IMG/VR virus record: IMGVR_UViG_3300035542_000088
Span: 1-38,717 of that record
DNA from: a virus
Taxonomy: Duplodnaviria; Caudoviricetes
Strand: one strand, 5' to 3'
DNA: 38,717 nucleotides
Made by a program: the position numbers and the translations under genes. This document shows positions 9,282 to 18,627 of the stretch, piece by piece (position 1 is the first letter of the stretch; each line of letters opens with the position of its first letter). Under the pieces are notes generated by a model. That model made no database searches. It saw nothing but the letters and a program-made list of their open reading frames with translations, and had not been told where the DNA came from.

Positions 9282-9545
9282 ATGCTGACGGATAAAGAGA
9301 TTGAAGATATAGCGTTGGAATATACTCGGTTGTGTGGTGGACACTGGGACCACGAAGAAGCTATACCCGATGGAAATATCTTAGAGTTTGCAAGGGCCAT
9401 AGAAAAAGCTGTCTTGTTTGATGAGCTACAAACTTGGACAACATCAAGATGGTGGGCATTGCAAACAACGAAAGACGAGCGGTGCGGGAAGTGCGGGCGG
9501 ATGTTCTGGCATCATATTAAAGCAAAAATGCATCTGGAGGCATAA
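9282..9545 (+). CDS. hypothetical protein (LTDxEI...FARAIE family)
   Basis: AAGGAG RBS; common phage motif LTDKEI...EFARAIE; C-terminal CxxC. Confidence 0.7.
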   Translation: MLTDKEIEDIALEYTRLCGGHWDHEEAIPDGNILEFARAIEKAVLFDELQTWTTSRWWALQTTKDERCGKCGRMFWHHIKAKMHLEA

Positions 9546-9548
9546 ACC

Positions 9549-10022
9549 ATGGATTTTATATTTAGAATACAGAATCATTATTTTGAAAAAGGAACTCCGT
9601 GGGGTGAATTGGATAAAATAGAACAAAGGAGTTGGTTTCTATCGGTTGACATAGAAGATGATGAAGCGGTCCCTTGCTACGCAGTGCACGAATTAAGAAT
9701 TCGCCAGGGCATAGCTTTTAAGTCGGTAAAAATATTAACTGGTAAAACGCAAGAGACTTATCCGTATTGGGAAGCTCTTCTTGATATGAGCTATTCTAAT
9801 ACGGATGAGTTAAGAGACGTTACATTCAAGGATCTTCCAGCAGAAAGTGGAATTTATAGTCTAAGTATCTGGTTTGACGAAGATGGTATAAATTTTGGTA
9901 CATTTAAAAAATTATGTGAATACCGACATAAATGGGACGACGGATGGGTTTGCTCAAGATGCGGCGTCCGGAGGGCAGACTGGGTTGAAGCTGATATAAA
10001 AGGGAGACATGATCATGAATAA
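9549..10022 (+). CDS. hypothetical protein
   Basis: GGAGG RBS; C-terminal HxW...CxxC. Confidence 0.65.
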   Translation: MDFIFRIQNHYFEKGTPWGELDKIEQRSWFLSVDIEDDEAVPCYAVHELRIRQGIAFKSVKILTGKTQETYPYWEALLDMSYSNTDELRDVTFKDLPAESGIYSLSIWFDEDGINFGTFKKLCEYRHKWDDGWVCSRCGVRRADWVEADIKGRHDHE

Positions 10023-10350
10023 TTTTATAGGCTACTGCGAAGATTGCATCAATTTTGACAAGGAAGTTGCATTTTTAAAAAAGAAAATAGAACAACTACA
10101 GAAAGAAATAGAGCAACTAAATGAGCATATAGATTGCCCGTATAATTATTTGGTTGCTCAAGAAGGTCTTCGTGACCATGAGGATCAATGCAAACTACTA
10201 GTTGTTAAACAGCATGAGTTCGAGGATAGATTTACGAGATTATCTTTGGACCATGATAAATATTATGATGCTTACCATGAACTCAAAGACGCTGCCATTG
10301 CCTTGGTTGAAAGATTAGAGTGTGATAATGAAAATTGCAATAGAAGTTGA
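10009..10350 (+). CDS. coiled-coil hypothetical protein
   Basis: Overlaps the previous stop; heptad-like LKKKIEQLQKEIEQL. Confidence 0.6.
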   Translation: MIMNNFIGYCEDCINFDKEVAFLKKKIEQLQKEIEQLNEHIDCPYNYLVAQEGLRDHEDQCKLLVVKQHEFEDRFTRLSLDHDKYYDAYHELKDAAIALVERLECDNENCNRS

Positions 10351-10524
10351 CGAGAAACCCAAAACATCTCAAAAGGATATTGAACGGGAGTCTATTCTTG
10401 CTGAAAAACTTGGTTGTAGATTTATCAGGATTAAAGACTATGATTAATCGCATCTATAAAATCACAGAATCCAGCGAATATCTTGGGGTAACGAATCTAA
10501 CGGAATTTGAAAAGGAGGAAAGAA

Positions 10525-10743
10525 ATGAACAAATCTGAAGCAGGGAAACTGGGCGGACGAAAAAAGAATCCGCGCAAGGGGTTCGGGTCGGCAGAGGTTT
10601 TGAGAAAGGCCCTTGAAACCCGCAGGCGCAGACTGGCCAGCAAAGAAGCGGATCGGATTGAGGCGGGAATCATCCTGCCGCATGAAATCCAAGGAAAAAC
10701 AGAAGAAGAAAGAAAATCAATATTGGAAAGAGGAATAAAATGA
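10525..10743 (+). CDS. basic small protein (KGG-like N-terminus, Arg-rich)
   Basis: AGGAGG RBS; SEAGKLGGRKKNPRKGFG, ETRRRRL. Confidence 0.7.
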   Translation: MNKSEAGKLGGRKKNPRKGFGSAEVLRKALETRRRRLASKEADRIEAGIILPHEIQGKTEEERKSILERGIK

Positions 10744-10949
10744 TCACAAAATCTTATCTTGCAAAAAAAGTAGCGGAAAAAGGAGATTTGTATCTCGATA
10801 CAGACGGGGCCGCCGGAATTATAGAATACATAAACCGCTGCGGTATAGTAACATTCAAAAGCAAGGGACACAAAAGGATAGTCTATCCAGAGGAGTTCGA
10901 GTATTTTACACCGATTATTCTAAATTGGAGGGGACAAAATGAAAATTAA
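10740..10949 (+). CDS. hypothetical protein
   Basis: ATGA overlap with the previous gene. Confidence 0.6.
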   Translation: MITKSYLAKKVAEKGDLYLDTDGAAGIIEYINRCGIVTFKSKGHKRIVYPEEFEYFTPIILNWRGQNEN

Positions 10950-11016
10950 AAGACATCTGAAAATAGAGGTGCTGCTGCTTGTTAATATATTCCTGCGGAT
11001 GATAGCGGAATAAAGC

Positions 11017-11045
11017 TTGACCGTATATACAACGTCCTGTATTAT
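11017..11045 (+). promoter_or_regulatory. sigma70 promoter with GTATATAC palindrome in the spacer
   Basis: TTGACC-17-TATTAT; GTATATAC at 11023-11030. Confidence 0.7.
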
Positions 11046-11068
11046 GGGAAATAAATAAAGGAGGAACC

Positions 11069-11392
11069 ATGAATATATATGATCATGACGGGAACCCGGT
11101 CTTACGCACCTGCTGCATTTGCGGCAACAAGTACCACATTGACGGCCCGGAAGAACTGTACGAAGCAGACAGCGGTGAAACGGTCTGCGAAGGATGTGTA
11201 AAGGAGGTTGTAATGTATTCCATAAACTGTCTGGAATCCCTGCCGGTCGGGCGTTTCTACGGGGAATGTGAGTATAACGGCGAAAATTTCACTACGAAAA
11301 TCGTTGAATCAAAAAAAGAGGCCAGAACGCGCCTGCTGGAAGTAATGGACATCCTTTATCCCGGCATGGAAAGGATCGAGCATGAAAGTTAA
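11069..11392 (+). CDS. Zn-finger hypothetical protein
   Basis: AGGAGG RBS; CCICG...CEGC. Confidence 0.65.
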   Translation: MNIYDHDGNPVLRTCCICGNKYHIDGPEELYEADSGETVCEGCVKEVVMYSINCLESLPVGRFYGECEYNGENFTTKIVESKKEARTRLLEVMDILYPGMERIEHES

Positions 11393-11588
11393 ACAAATAA
11401 AAGACAACAAATATATAATCGACATCAAAGGGCATGTTGTCATCCTGACTCTGCAGGAGGCTCAGGATCTTGCTGACTCTATAAATATCGCCCTGATGGA
11501 TGCAGAGCTTACCGGCACAGAATACCGGTACGGGGAGCACGGTCATGATGATTGGAAAAGACAAAAGGAAATCGACAATGAGATTTAG
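11382..11588 (+). CDS. hypothetical protein
   Basis: 68 aa, coupled overlaps on both sides. Confidence 0.6.
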   Translation: MKVKQIKDNKYIIDIKGHVVILTLQEAQDLADSINIALMDAELTGTEYRYGEHGHDDWKRQKEIDNEI

Positions 11589-12540
11589 AATAACAGGAAT
11601 AGAAGCACAGTCTAAAAAACAGTGCGATACATTTAAAACCCTGCGCCCGGTAGGCTCGGTGCGATTAATCAGGGACAAAGAAAACGCTTACGATCCTTTC
11701 GCCATAGAAGTATGGTTTGATGATGTGATGCTTGGCTATGTACCCGGAATGAAGCGCGACGGGGTTTATACCGGATCGGATTTGCAGAAACGAATCATCG
11801 AAGACCAAATATACACGGCAAAGATTACCGGATACGGATATATCGACGGAAACGACTGGAATGATGATCACAGGGGGCGTTTGGGTTCTGTTGAGCTGGA
11901 AATAGGCGTGGAAGAGTCCGCCAGTAGGTCTATAGGCGGAGATTATATGCGGGTGACCGAGTTCATAAGCTATCTGAACCCGTACGGAAAATCTGACGGG
12001 CTCATAAAATGGGCGTTTGATCAGGGAAATACGTATGAAGCATACTCAGAAGCTCTAAACTCGGCCTCTGAGGCCGGAACGGCCCTTCACCTTGCCATAG
12101 AGACGGAATTACTTGGGAAGCCGCCAGACGGCGAATTTGGGCGCTTCTCGACCGCGTGGGAAAATTTTAAGTTAAAATATGAAATCGAACCCATCTGGAT
12201 GGAAGAAAGATTCTATGATTCGACACTCATGGTCACCGGACAGCCGGATTTTTTCGGATACTGTAACGGGAAACTGATGGTTCTTGACTGGAAAAGCTCC
12301 AAAAAACCGAGCATTAAACATCTTATGCAACTGGCGATATATGCCAGCAACTGCCAGTTCGACGGAAAACCACCTGAGGCGGCGATGGTTATCTGCTTCG
12401 GGTCGCAAAACAAACAGGGCTTTACAACCAGAACATGGAGAAAAGACCAGATTGAGTCGGCATACGAAGCGATGAAGCACCTTCGGAAGGTTGTTGACGC
12501 GGTAGGTTATATTTCAAAAGAAAAGGCGTATAACAAATGA
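11578..12540 (+). CDS. HIRAN domain fused to a PD-(D/E)XK exonuclease
   Basis: LIRDKENAYDPFAIEV...LGYVP (HIRAN); RVTEFIS...GTALHLAIE...EE...TGQPD...LDWKSS...QLAIYA (Cas4/lambda-exo-like). Start ATG 11578. Confidence 0.8.
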   Translation: MRFRITGIEAQSKKQCDTFKTLRPVGSVRLIRDKENAYDPFAIEVWFDDVMLGYVPGMKRDGVYTGSDLQKRIIEDQIYTAKITGYGYIDGNDWNDDHRGRLGSVELEIGVEESASRSIGGDYMRVTEFISYLNPYGKSDGLIKWAFDQGNTYEAYSEALNSASEAGTALHLAIETELLGKPPDGEFGRFSTAWENFKLKYEIEPIWMEERFYDSTLMVTGQPDFFGYCNGKLMVLDWKSSKKPSIKHLMQLAIYASNCQFDGKPPEAAMVICFGSQNKQGFTTRTWRKDQIESAYEAMKHLRKVVDAVGYISKEKAYNK

Positions 12541-12719
12541 GCGAAAAAACAATTAAAAACATCATGTTGAACGGATACGCTTCGTCCGCAAGATCAGTTA
12601 TCGAGTATGCCGAAAGGGTTGAACGCGGCGGAGAAGAGTGCCTTGTTGTACCCAAGCGATGGTTCGAGGGGCTTTTCAGGTATGTAGATGATGATACTGA
12701 AAACCCCGGAATCCTATAG
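12537..12719 (+). CDS. hypothetical protein
   Basis: ATGA-type overlap with the nuclease gene. Confidence 0.55.
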   Translation: MSEKTIKNIMLNGYASSARSVIEYAERVERGGEECLVVPKRWFEGLFRYVDDDTENPGIL

Positions 12720-12791
12720 TATTTCCGAAGCGCAAATCAATACGGTCAAGCGCAGAGTCTGATCTGGATAAAAACTTCGGGAGATTCACAA

Positions 12792-13652
12792 ATGAACAGG
12801 GGATACATAAAACTTTGGCGATCTTGCACGGATGATGATCTTTATTTCCTCGAGCCATTCACAAAATGGCAGGCGTGGATAGATCTTCTCATTCTTGCGA
12901 ATCACAAACCGGGTATGATTTCTGTGCGCGGAAATTTGATACAAGTGGATTCTGGGCAAGTCGCTGTAAGCGAAGAGTTTGTGAGTAAAAGGTGGCGTTG
13001 GTCACGTAACAAGTTTCGTCGCTTCGCAAAACTGCTTGAAAAACAGGGAAAAATAAAACAACAGAAATCTAACGTATTATCTATATATACAATAACAAAT
13101 TGGGATATATACCAATCAAACGATACAACAGAAAGACGGCAGAAAGACGGCAGAAAGACAACAGACGAACCACACCTAAGAATGTATAAGAATGAAGAGA
13201 ATATATATAAGACCCCCCTTACCCCCCATCGGGGGGATGATGAAGCGGTTGCTTTTCAGAATGGAAATAAAGATTTGTCTCCCGCAGAGCACGCAACCAA
13301 AGACCCGGGGCCGGAATCAACCGGCTTACAGAAAAAATGCTTGACTGCAAATCCCGAAAAGTCCAAAACAAAGCGGAAGAAGAACGAACCCGCTGCCAGC
13401 AAGTACGCAGGGAACCAGCCCGGATTTGAAGAAGTGGGAGATTTTTTCAGGGAAATTATTAAAAAGGACAATCTTGAAGTCGATAAAACAAACGGAAGGT
13501 GCTTTGTGGAAAACTACCTCCTGAAGCGTGAAGAATCTGAATGGATAAAAATGAACGGACAGCCGGTTAAAAACTGGAAGCTTGATTTCCACACATGGGT
13601 TAACAATGCTGTGAAAAGAGGAGAGTTTAAAACCAAGGATGCTGCCCGATGA
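12792..13652 (+). CDS. replication initiator (lambda O/replisome-organiser type)
   Basis: GYIKLWRS...AWIDLLILANH...GQ...S...RWRWSR...ITNWDIYQ N-terminal wHTH; C-terminal W...NGQPVKNWK...TW; internal iterons. Confidence 0.8.
   Translation: MNRGYIKLWRSCTDDDLYFLEPFTKWQAWIDLLILANHKPGMISVRGNLIQVDSGQVAVSEEFVSKRWRWSRNKFRRFAKLLEKQGKIKQQKSNVLSIYTITNWDIYQSNDTTERRQKDGRKTTDEPHLRMYKNEENIYKTPLTPHRGDDEAVAFQNGNKDLSPAEHATKDPGPESTGLQKKCLTANPEKSKTKRKKNEPAASKYAGNQPGFEEVGDFFREIIKKDNLEVDKTNGRCFVENYLLKREESEWIKMNGQPVKNWKLDFHTWVNNAVKRGEFKTKDAAR
13129..13165 (+). repeat. iterons of the putative replication origin
   Basis: Tandem 11-bp CAGAAAGACGG, CAGAAAGACGG, CAGAAAGACAA inside the initiator gene, next to AT-rich DNA. 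Confidence 0.65.
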
Positions 13653-15352
13653 TCACATACGACGATGTAAAGCGGGATATCCCGATTCAGAAAGTACTTG
13701 AGAAGTACGGAGTAAAGCTGAGCAGGACTTACCGGTGCGCCTGCCCGATACACGGCGGAGACAATCCTGACGCGTTCTCTGTGCACGATCAGGGAAGAAA
13801 GTGGACCTGTCACACGAAAGGATGCGGGAAGGGAAGCAGCGTTATAGACCTTGTCGCCCTGAAAGAAGGCGTATCGCCCCACCGGGCGTTTATTATGCTC
13901 AAAGAATGGTACGGACTGGAGGAACCTGAACCGGTAAAAAACGAAAAGCCGTTTATCAAGACGGGGAATCCTTTGGTCTATGAATATTTTCTGGCAGACG
14001 GCTCACCGGCCTATAAAATCAACCGCATTGAAAAAACGAACGGTACCAAGACCCGCAAGGAATTTTTTCCCGAACTGCCTGACGGAAGCCGCACACTCCC
14101 GAAAGAAAAACGGGTTCTGTACAACCTTCCGGCGGTGCTTAACGCCGGAGCGGATTATGTCTGTTTCTGCGAGGGAGAAAAGACAGCCGACGCGCTTATA
14201 CGGCTTGGGTTCATAGGCACCACCGTTTCAAATGGATGTGACGGGTGGCTTGATCAGTATGCGGAAAGCCTGTCAGGAAAAGACGTTGTCCTTCTTCCTG
14301 ATGCAGATGAAAGCGGCGGGAAATGGCACAGAAAGGTGAGCGACGGGCTTCGTGGGGTGGTAAAAAGCCTTAGAACAGTATATATACCCGATGAATTTGT
14401 AATGAAGTATCCACAGTTCAATGGGCATGATTTCGCAGATATGGCGGAAGTTCTAGGCGGGGAACAGGCTTCTTTGTGGCTTACAGAAAGCATTGTTGAA
14501 GCACATGTTCTGCCGAAAGGCATAGACCGGTCAAGCCTGAACGTAATGTCTGATGTATGCCGGGATTCTTTCCGTACGGCAGAGACCATGACGGATGCAG
14601 ACGGAATGAATCTTAAGTCAATGTTCGGTCTTGATATCCGGGTGAGACCGGCAGATATGATGCTGATTATAGCTGCTACGGGAGTAGGCAAAACAAGAAT
14701 TTTGGGGAACCTGCCGTTTGTTTACACCAATCTAAACTTTGCTATATTTGATCTTGAAATGTCTCTGTATCAGCTGGGGATGCGGTCCATTGCCTACCAC
14801 AACGGGATGAGCTTTGTAGAGTGCGAAGATAAGATCAGGGCCGGGGGATATAAAATTGAAATTCCAGAGGTTGAAAACGTATTTCTTCCGAAAGTCGCGT
14901 CGCTAACCGTTGACAAAATAAAAAAAGAAGTGGACAGGATAGAAGAATCACAGGAAAGACGGGTGGATGTTGTCGCGGTTGACTATATCTCCAAAATGAA
15001 CCGGATGGGAAGCATGACAGATTCGATTATATCAAACTGTTCAGATTTCAAGCGGTATCTGGTTGAGGAAAACAGAATCGGAGTGATCACAACCCAGTCA
15101 AAACGAATTGCAGACAAAGAAATGAAATACAACATGCCGTGCAAAGAGGACTCCATCTATACGTCGGCGATTGAGCAGAACTGTCAGGAATCGCTGTGTT
15201 TCTGCTTTAAGGAAGGCGAATATAATACCATGCTTTGCCGCTGCGACAAGTACACGCATGGTGAAGAACCTCACGAATGGACAGAGCTTGATGTCAACAA
15301 CATGAAAATAAGTTACAGGGGATTATACAGCAAAACAGAAAATGAGTTCTGA
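13649..15352 (+). CDS. primase-helicase (CHC2 Zn finger + TOPRIM + SF4/DnaB-like helicase)
   Basis: CPIH...CHTKGC; CEGEKTADA and PDADESG (TOPRIM); AATGVGKT Walker A, FDLEMS, VVAVDYI Walker B. Confidence 0.88.
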   Translation: MITYDDVKRDIPIQKVLEKYGVKLSRTYRCACPIHGGDNPDAFSVHDQGRKWTCHTKGCGKGSSVIDLVALKEGVSPHRAFIMLKEWYGLEEPEPVKNEKPFIKTGNPLVYEYFLADGSPAYKINRIEKTNGTKTRKEFFPELPDGSRTLPKEKRVLYNLPAVLNAGADYVCFCEGEKTADALIRLGFIGTTVSNGCDGWLDQYAESLSGKDVVLLPDADESGGKWHRKVSDGLRGVVKSLRTVYIPDEFVMKYPQFNGHDFADMAEVLGGEQASLWLTESIVEAHVLPKGIDRSSLNVMSDVCRDSFRTAETMTDADGMNLKSMFGLDIRVRPADMMLIIAATGVGKTRILGNLPFVYTNLNFAIFDLEMSLYQLGMRSIAYHNGMSFVECEDKIRAGGYKIEIPEVENVFLPKVASLTVDKIKKEVDRIEESQERRVDVVAVDYISKMNRMGSMTDSIISNCSDFKRYLVEENRIGVITTQSKRIADKEMKYNMPCKEDSIYTSAIEQNCQESLCFCFKEGEYNTMLCRCDKYTHGEEPHEWTELDVNNMKISYRGLYSKTENEF

Positions 15353-15514
15353 TTATGAAAAAAAACACGGCGATAAAAATACTTACTGAAATGCAGGCTT
15401 GGCGCCGGGGGGGACGGAGAGCTTAACCGGCCTCCGTACTCGTCGGAAGAATATGGACTGGCCATTGATTTTGCAATCAGGTATATATCTTCAGATAAAA
15501 ATAACAAATAAATC

Positions 15515-15543
15515 TTGACGTATATACCGTCATGGTATAGTCT
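15515..15543 (+). promoter_or_regulatory. sigma70 promoter with GTATATAC palindrome
   Basis: TTGACG-17-TAGTCT (TATAGT also at 15536); GTATATAC at 15520-15527. Confidence 0.6.
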
Positions 15544-15616
15544 ACAGGAAATAAGGGGAAGATATGTCGGGAAATTTGTTCAAGAACTTTAGAAGCAAGA
15601 ACATGAAGGATGTGAG

Positions 15617-15781
15617 ATGAAAACAATAAAAACATTCAGATTATCAGTTGACGACATCGCCAAGCTTGATTATCTGGTTTCAAAGCTTTCGGGGAAACTG
15701 GTGGACAGCAACCGCACAACCGTCATAGAGGATTCAATAGACAACCGGGCCCGCAGGCTCGGATACAAAAAGGAAATGTAA
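15617..15781 (+). CDS. ribbon-helix-helix (Arc/CopG-like) regulator
   Basis: Below the track cutoff. MKTIKTFRLSVDDIAKLDYLVSKLSGKLVDSNRTTVIEDSIDNRARRLGYKKEM: beta-strand TFRL, helix, xRTxVIE helix. Confidence 0.65.
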   Translation: MKTIKTFRLSVDDIAKLDYLVSKLSGKLVDSNRTTVIEDSIDNRARRLGYKKEM

Positions 15782-16380
15782 TGAAATGGAAAGAGTCTGA
15801 CAACAAAGGGTTTGAAATAGAGCCGGATATCTACGATGCAGTATGTACCGGAGTGATTGATATCGGAACCCAGCACGGAGAATGGCAGGGGAAAGAAAAA
15901 ATACGTCGCCAGTGCATCATTATTTGGGAACTGGCTGACTCAATGTATGACGGAGACGACGGAGAGCAGCACAGGAGGCACTTCTCTCAGTTCTACACAC
16001 AAAGCCTTGATACACGGGCCAAGCTTCGTAAGCACCTTACCGGATGGAGAGGCAGGGACTTCACCAAGGAAGAGCTTCAGGGATTCGATCCGCAGAACAT
16101 TCTCGGGAAGCCGTGCCGTCTGATTATCGGGACAAACGATACCGGTAAAAACATTGTTGATTCAATAAGCAGGTACAAGGGGGACAATATTGAACCGGAA
16201 GGAGATATCCATTGGTTCAGCTTTGACGAGTTCGAGGGATCTTTCCCGGAATGGATGAGCGATGGGATACGGGGTCTTTGCGAGAAGTCGGACGAATATC
16301 AGTCATATATAAGCGGTGATCAGAAAAACGATTATGAGGAAATAGCGCCTGAAGATGATTGTTCAAATATTCCGTTTTAG
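15781..16380 (+). CDS. putative single-stranded DNA-binding protein
   Basis: YDAVCTGVIDIGTQ...WEL...LTGWRGRDFT...ILGKPC; acidic C-terminus ending in IPF. Confidence 0.7.
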   Translation: MKWKESDNKGFEIEPDIYDAVCTGVIDIGTQHGEWQGKEKIRRQCIIIWELADSMYDGDDGEQHRRHFSQFYTQSLDTRAKLRKHLTGWRGRDFTKEELQGFDPQNILGKPCRLIIGTNDTGKNIVDSISRYKGDNIEPEGDIHWFSFDEFEGSFPEWMSDGIRGLCEKSDEYQSYISGDQKNDYEEIAPEDDCSNIPF

Positions 16381-16403
16381 TAATGAGTATGGAGGCCGAT
16401 AAA

Positions 16404-16646
16404 ATGAGCACTGAAATTAAAGATTCTGAGAAAATTCAACTCCCATCGGACAGATACTTTGAGCTGATAAAAACCAGAGAAGATTTGGATAAACTTATAT
16501 CAACCGGAATGGCTTGGGTTGTTGAGCCGAACTGCCCGCTATGCTGGGAGGACCACCTGAAACTAGAAGCATTGTTTTTTCTGTCTCGTTGTAAATATTG
16601 CAGTTGTAAATATCTTGACGGTCGTCAGATTGAAAAAGAATTCTGA
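16404..16646 (+). CDS. hypothetical protein
   Basis: GGAGG RBS before ATG 16404. Confidence 0.55.
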   Translation: MSTEIKDSEKIQLPSDRYFELIKTREDLDKLISTGMAWVVEPNCPLCWEDHLKLEALFFLSRCKYCSCKYLDGRQIEKEF

Positions 16647-16680
16647 GAAGAGTTCCCCAACCAAAAAAAGGTATAAAGAA

Positions 16681-16789
16681 ATGAACGAAAAAACTATTAA
16701 CAACGGCGGGGCGGCGTTCCCATTCGTAAGAGTCTTACGAAATAGCCGACGCCATGATTGCCGAGCGTAATAAGGGCGGTGCTGAGTGA
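16681..16789 (+). pseudogene. internally deleted GGPAFP...ADAM-family gene
   Basis: MNEKTINNGGAAFP in one frame joined to SYEIADAMIAERNKGGAE* in the +1 frame; the central GMxLRDYFA part is missing. Confidence 0.65.
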
Positions 16790-17220
16790 AAGTAATAACT
16801 CTTAGTAAAGTTTTTCTGAAAGGACATCCGCGAGAAGGTGAGCCTACGAATTTCAGAGGCAAGTTCTTGTCGGGAGAAAAAATTCATACGATTAGAATGA
16901 ATCGTAACGGATATTATAAAGACGGTGATGTGGTCTCTGTTCGGCAGTGGAGCGGAAAGCCGTACAGGTCGAAGCAAGACGTGATTGCTAATAGATTTAA
17001 AATAGGAATTGAATCCATAAGGTTTATATCTGAGTTGGAAAGACCGGTTGTTGTTAATCGTGATATTGAGTACCGCATTAATTACGAATTATTATCACAT
17101 AACGACGGGCTGTCTGTAGATGATTTCGTCAATTGGTTTTATTTAAAATCTGCCAGTGGTTTTGATGCATCGATTATTCACTTCACTAATTTCAGATATG
17201 CGAAAGGAGACACGGAATGA
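16786..17220 (+). CDS. hypothetical protein (possible ASCH/PUA-like)
   Basis: GEKIHTIR...VRQWSGKPYRSKQ...NDGLSVDDFVNWF. Confidence 0.65.
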   Translation: MKVITLSKVFLKGHPREGEPTNFRGKFLSGEKIHTIRMNRNGYYKDGDVVSVRQWSGKPYRSKQDVIANRFKIGIESIRFISELERPVVVNRDIEYRINYELLSHNDGLSVDDFVNWFYLKSASGFDASIIHFTNFRYAKGDTE

Positions 17221-17630
17221 ACATCATAATTATTAGTATCGTAATTCTATTATGTCTTGCATGTATACAAGTACATGTTGAGCGCAGGAAGTATATAGAA
17301 CACGAATATATCGTGCGGGATGCGCTGGAGAAATCGTGTAAACGGCAGCGTGAGGAGCTTAAGGCCGTTAAAAACAAGCTCAACGCTTATAAGTCGCTTG
17401 TGTCCCGCATGAAGAACGACCAGAGCACGGACGATAGTACCGCTCTACCGAATATTAACGATATGAGCAGGGCCGATCTGATCAAAGAGGTTTTGAGCCA
17501 CGGAAAAGACCCGCGTTATGAAGCAGTCGTACTCGATAGAATTCCAGAGGAATGCACGGTAATTCAGTGCGGCCCTGAGATGCTCCGCGACATGGTTGCA
17601 GAACTTCGCAATAAGGGCGGTGAGTCATGA
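17217..17630 (+). CDS. hypothetical protein, N-terminal hydrophobic helix plus coiled coil
   Basis: ATGA overlaps at both ends. Confidence 0.6.
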   Translation: MNIIIISIVILLCLACIQVHVERRKYIEHEYIVRDALEKSCKRQREELKAVKNKLNAYKSLVSRMKNDQSTDDSTALPNINDMSRADLIKEVLSHGKDPRYEAVVLDRIPEECTVIQCGPEMLRDMVAELRNKGGES

Positions 17631-18088
17631 GTAACCTGTCGTTTTTCATTCCATGCAATCCGCCAAAAAGCACGGCGCAGGCATCGCACAGAATCATGAG
17701 GCGCAGAGACGGCACGCAGTTTGTCGGCAAGTTCGCAAAATCAAAAGGAAAGCGAACTCAGGATGAATTATTACTTTTGTTACAGCCATACCGTCCGAAA
17801 AAACCGCTTGAAGGCCCTGTAGCGCTCTCCGTCAGATGGACGTATCCATGGAGAAAGAGTGAATCGAAGAAGAACAAATTATCAGGTCGCCTATGGTGTG
17901 ATACACGGCCTGACTGCGATAATCTTTTGAAACTACTGCAAGACTGCATGACCCGTCTTGCGTTCTGGAATGATGATTCCCAAGTCGCGTTTCTCAAGTT
18001 TCGGAAGATGTGGGGCGATAACAACGGAATACATATAACTGTTTCCGATGAAATAAACAAGCATTTGGTTGATAGCTATGAAAATTGA
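17627..18088 (+). CDS. rusA: RusA-family Holliday junction resolvase
   Basis: RPDCDNLLKLLQDCMT...WNDDSQV...K.WG catalytic signature. Confidence 0.9.
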   Translation: MSNLSFFIPCNPPKSTAQASHRIMRRRDGTQFVGKFAKSKGKRTQDELLLLLQPYRPKKPLEGPVALSVRWTYPWRKSESKKNKLSGRLWCDTRPDCDNLLKLLQDCMTRLAFWNDDSQVAFLKFRKMWGDNNGIHITVSDEINKHLVDSYEN

Positions 18089-18335
18089 GCTGATCAAAGA
18101 GATTGTGCCGATCCCGAAAAAGGGAGTCGGCGGGAGGAATACGCCGGAAGGGAAGGCGGATCGTCGGAAGGCGTACAGTTGCCTCGCCCGCTGTGAGGTT
18201 GGGCAGCATGTTCGGTTCGGAACATCGGATCGACCACGAATCATGAACTGGCTGGCAGCACCCCGGTTTGACGACAGATGTTTCAGGGTGGCGCGGATCG
18301 ATGACCATACCTACGGGGCGTGGAGGGTGAGGTAG
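18078..18335 (+). CDS. hypothetical, possibly DNA-binding protein
   Basis: IEKxVPIP...LxVGQ...F...WRV pattern. Confidence 0.6.
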   Translation: MKIELIKEIVPIPKKGVGGRNTPEGKADRRKAYSCLARCEVGQHVRFGTSDRPRIMNWLAAPRFDDRCFRVARIDDHTYGAWRVR

Positions 18336-18534
18336 GGAGAGGAATTTTGAAACCTGAAACTGGAAACCTGAAAAATGAAATAGGTGTGAAATGTGGAGTG
18401 AATATGAGTGAAACAAAATATACTCCGGGGCCGCGGGAAGCATCTTTTGATGGAGGCTAAAAATGCAAAAGCTAAATATCAGTCAACCCTGCCGGAATAT
18501 GTAAACGGAAGATGAATATCACAATTAAAAAAAT

Positions 18535-18621
18535 CTGCAACGACTAAGCGTGAGTTTCGGTGCGCGAAACATCGACCGTGCACCGGACGTTTTCACCGTA
18601 AAGTCGATGGATTGGTTGGAC
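18535..18621 (-). other. attC-like site a (slightly decayed copy of site e)
   Basis: AAC 18539; right arm CACCG-T-AAAGTC-G-ATG-GATTG-GTT(18615); 57 bp (18555-18611) identical to 21142-21198. Confidence 0.75.
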
Positions 18622-18627
18622 AAGATT

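Noticed and set aside
18348-18395. GAAACCTGAAA short repeats
   Set aside because: Low-complexity TGAAA run with no further structure; no supportable function.
17595-18541. GTTGCAGA (17595) is the exact complement of TCTGCAAC (18534), which would define a cassette containing rusA
   Set aside because: No attC-type arm or extrahelical-base spacing precedes the GTT, and it lies inside a coding region; may be chance.
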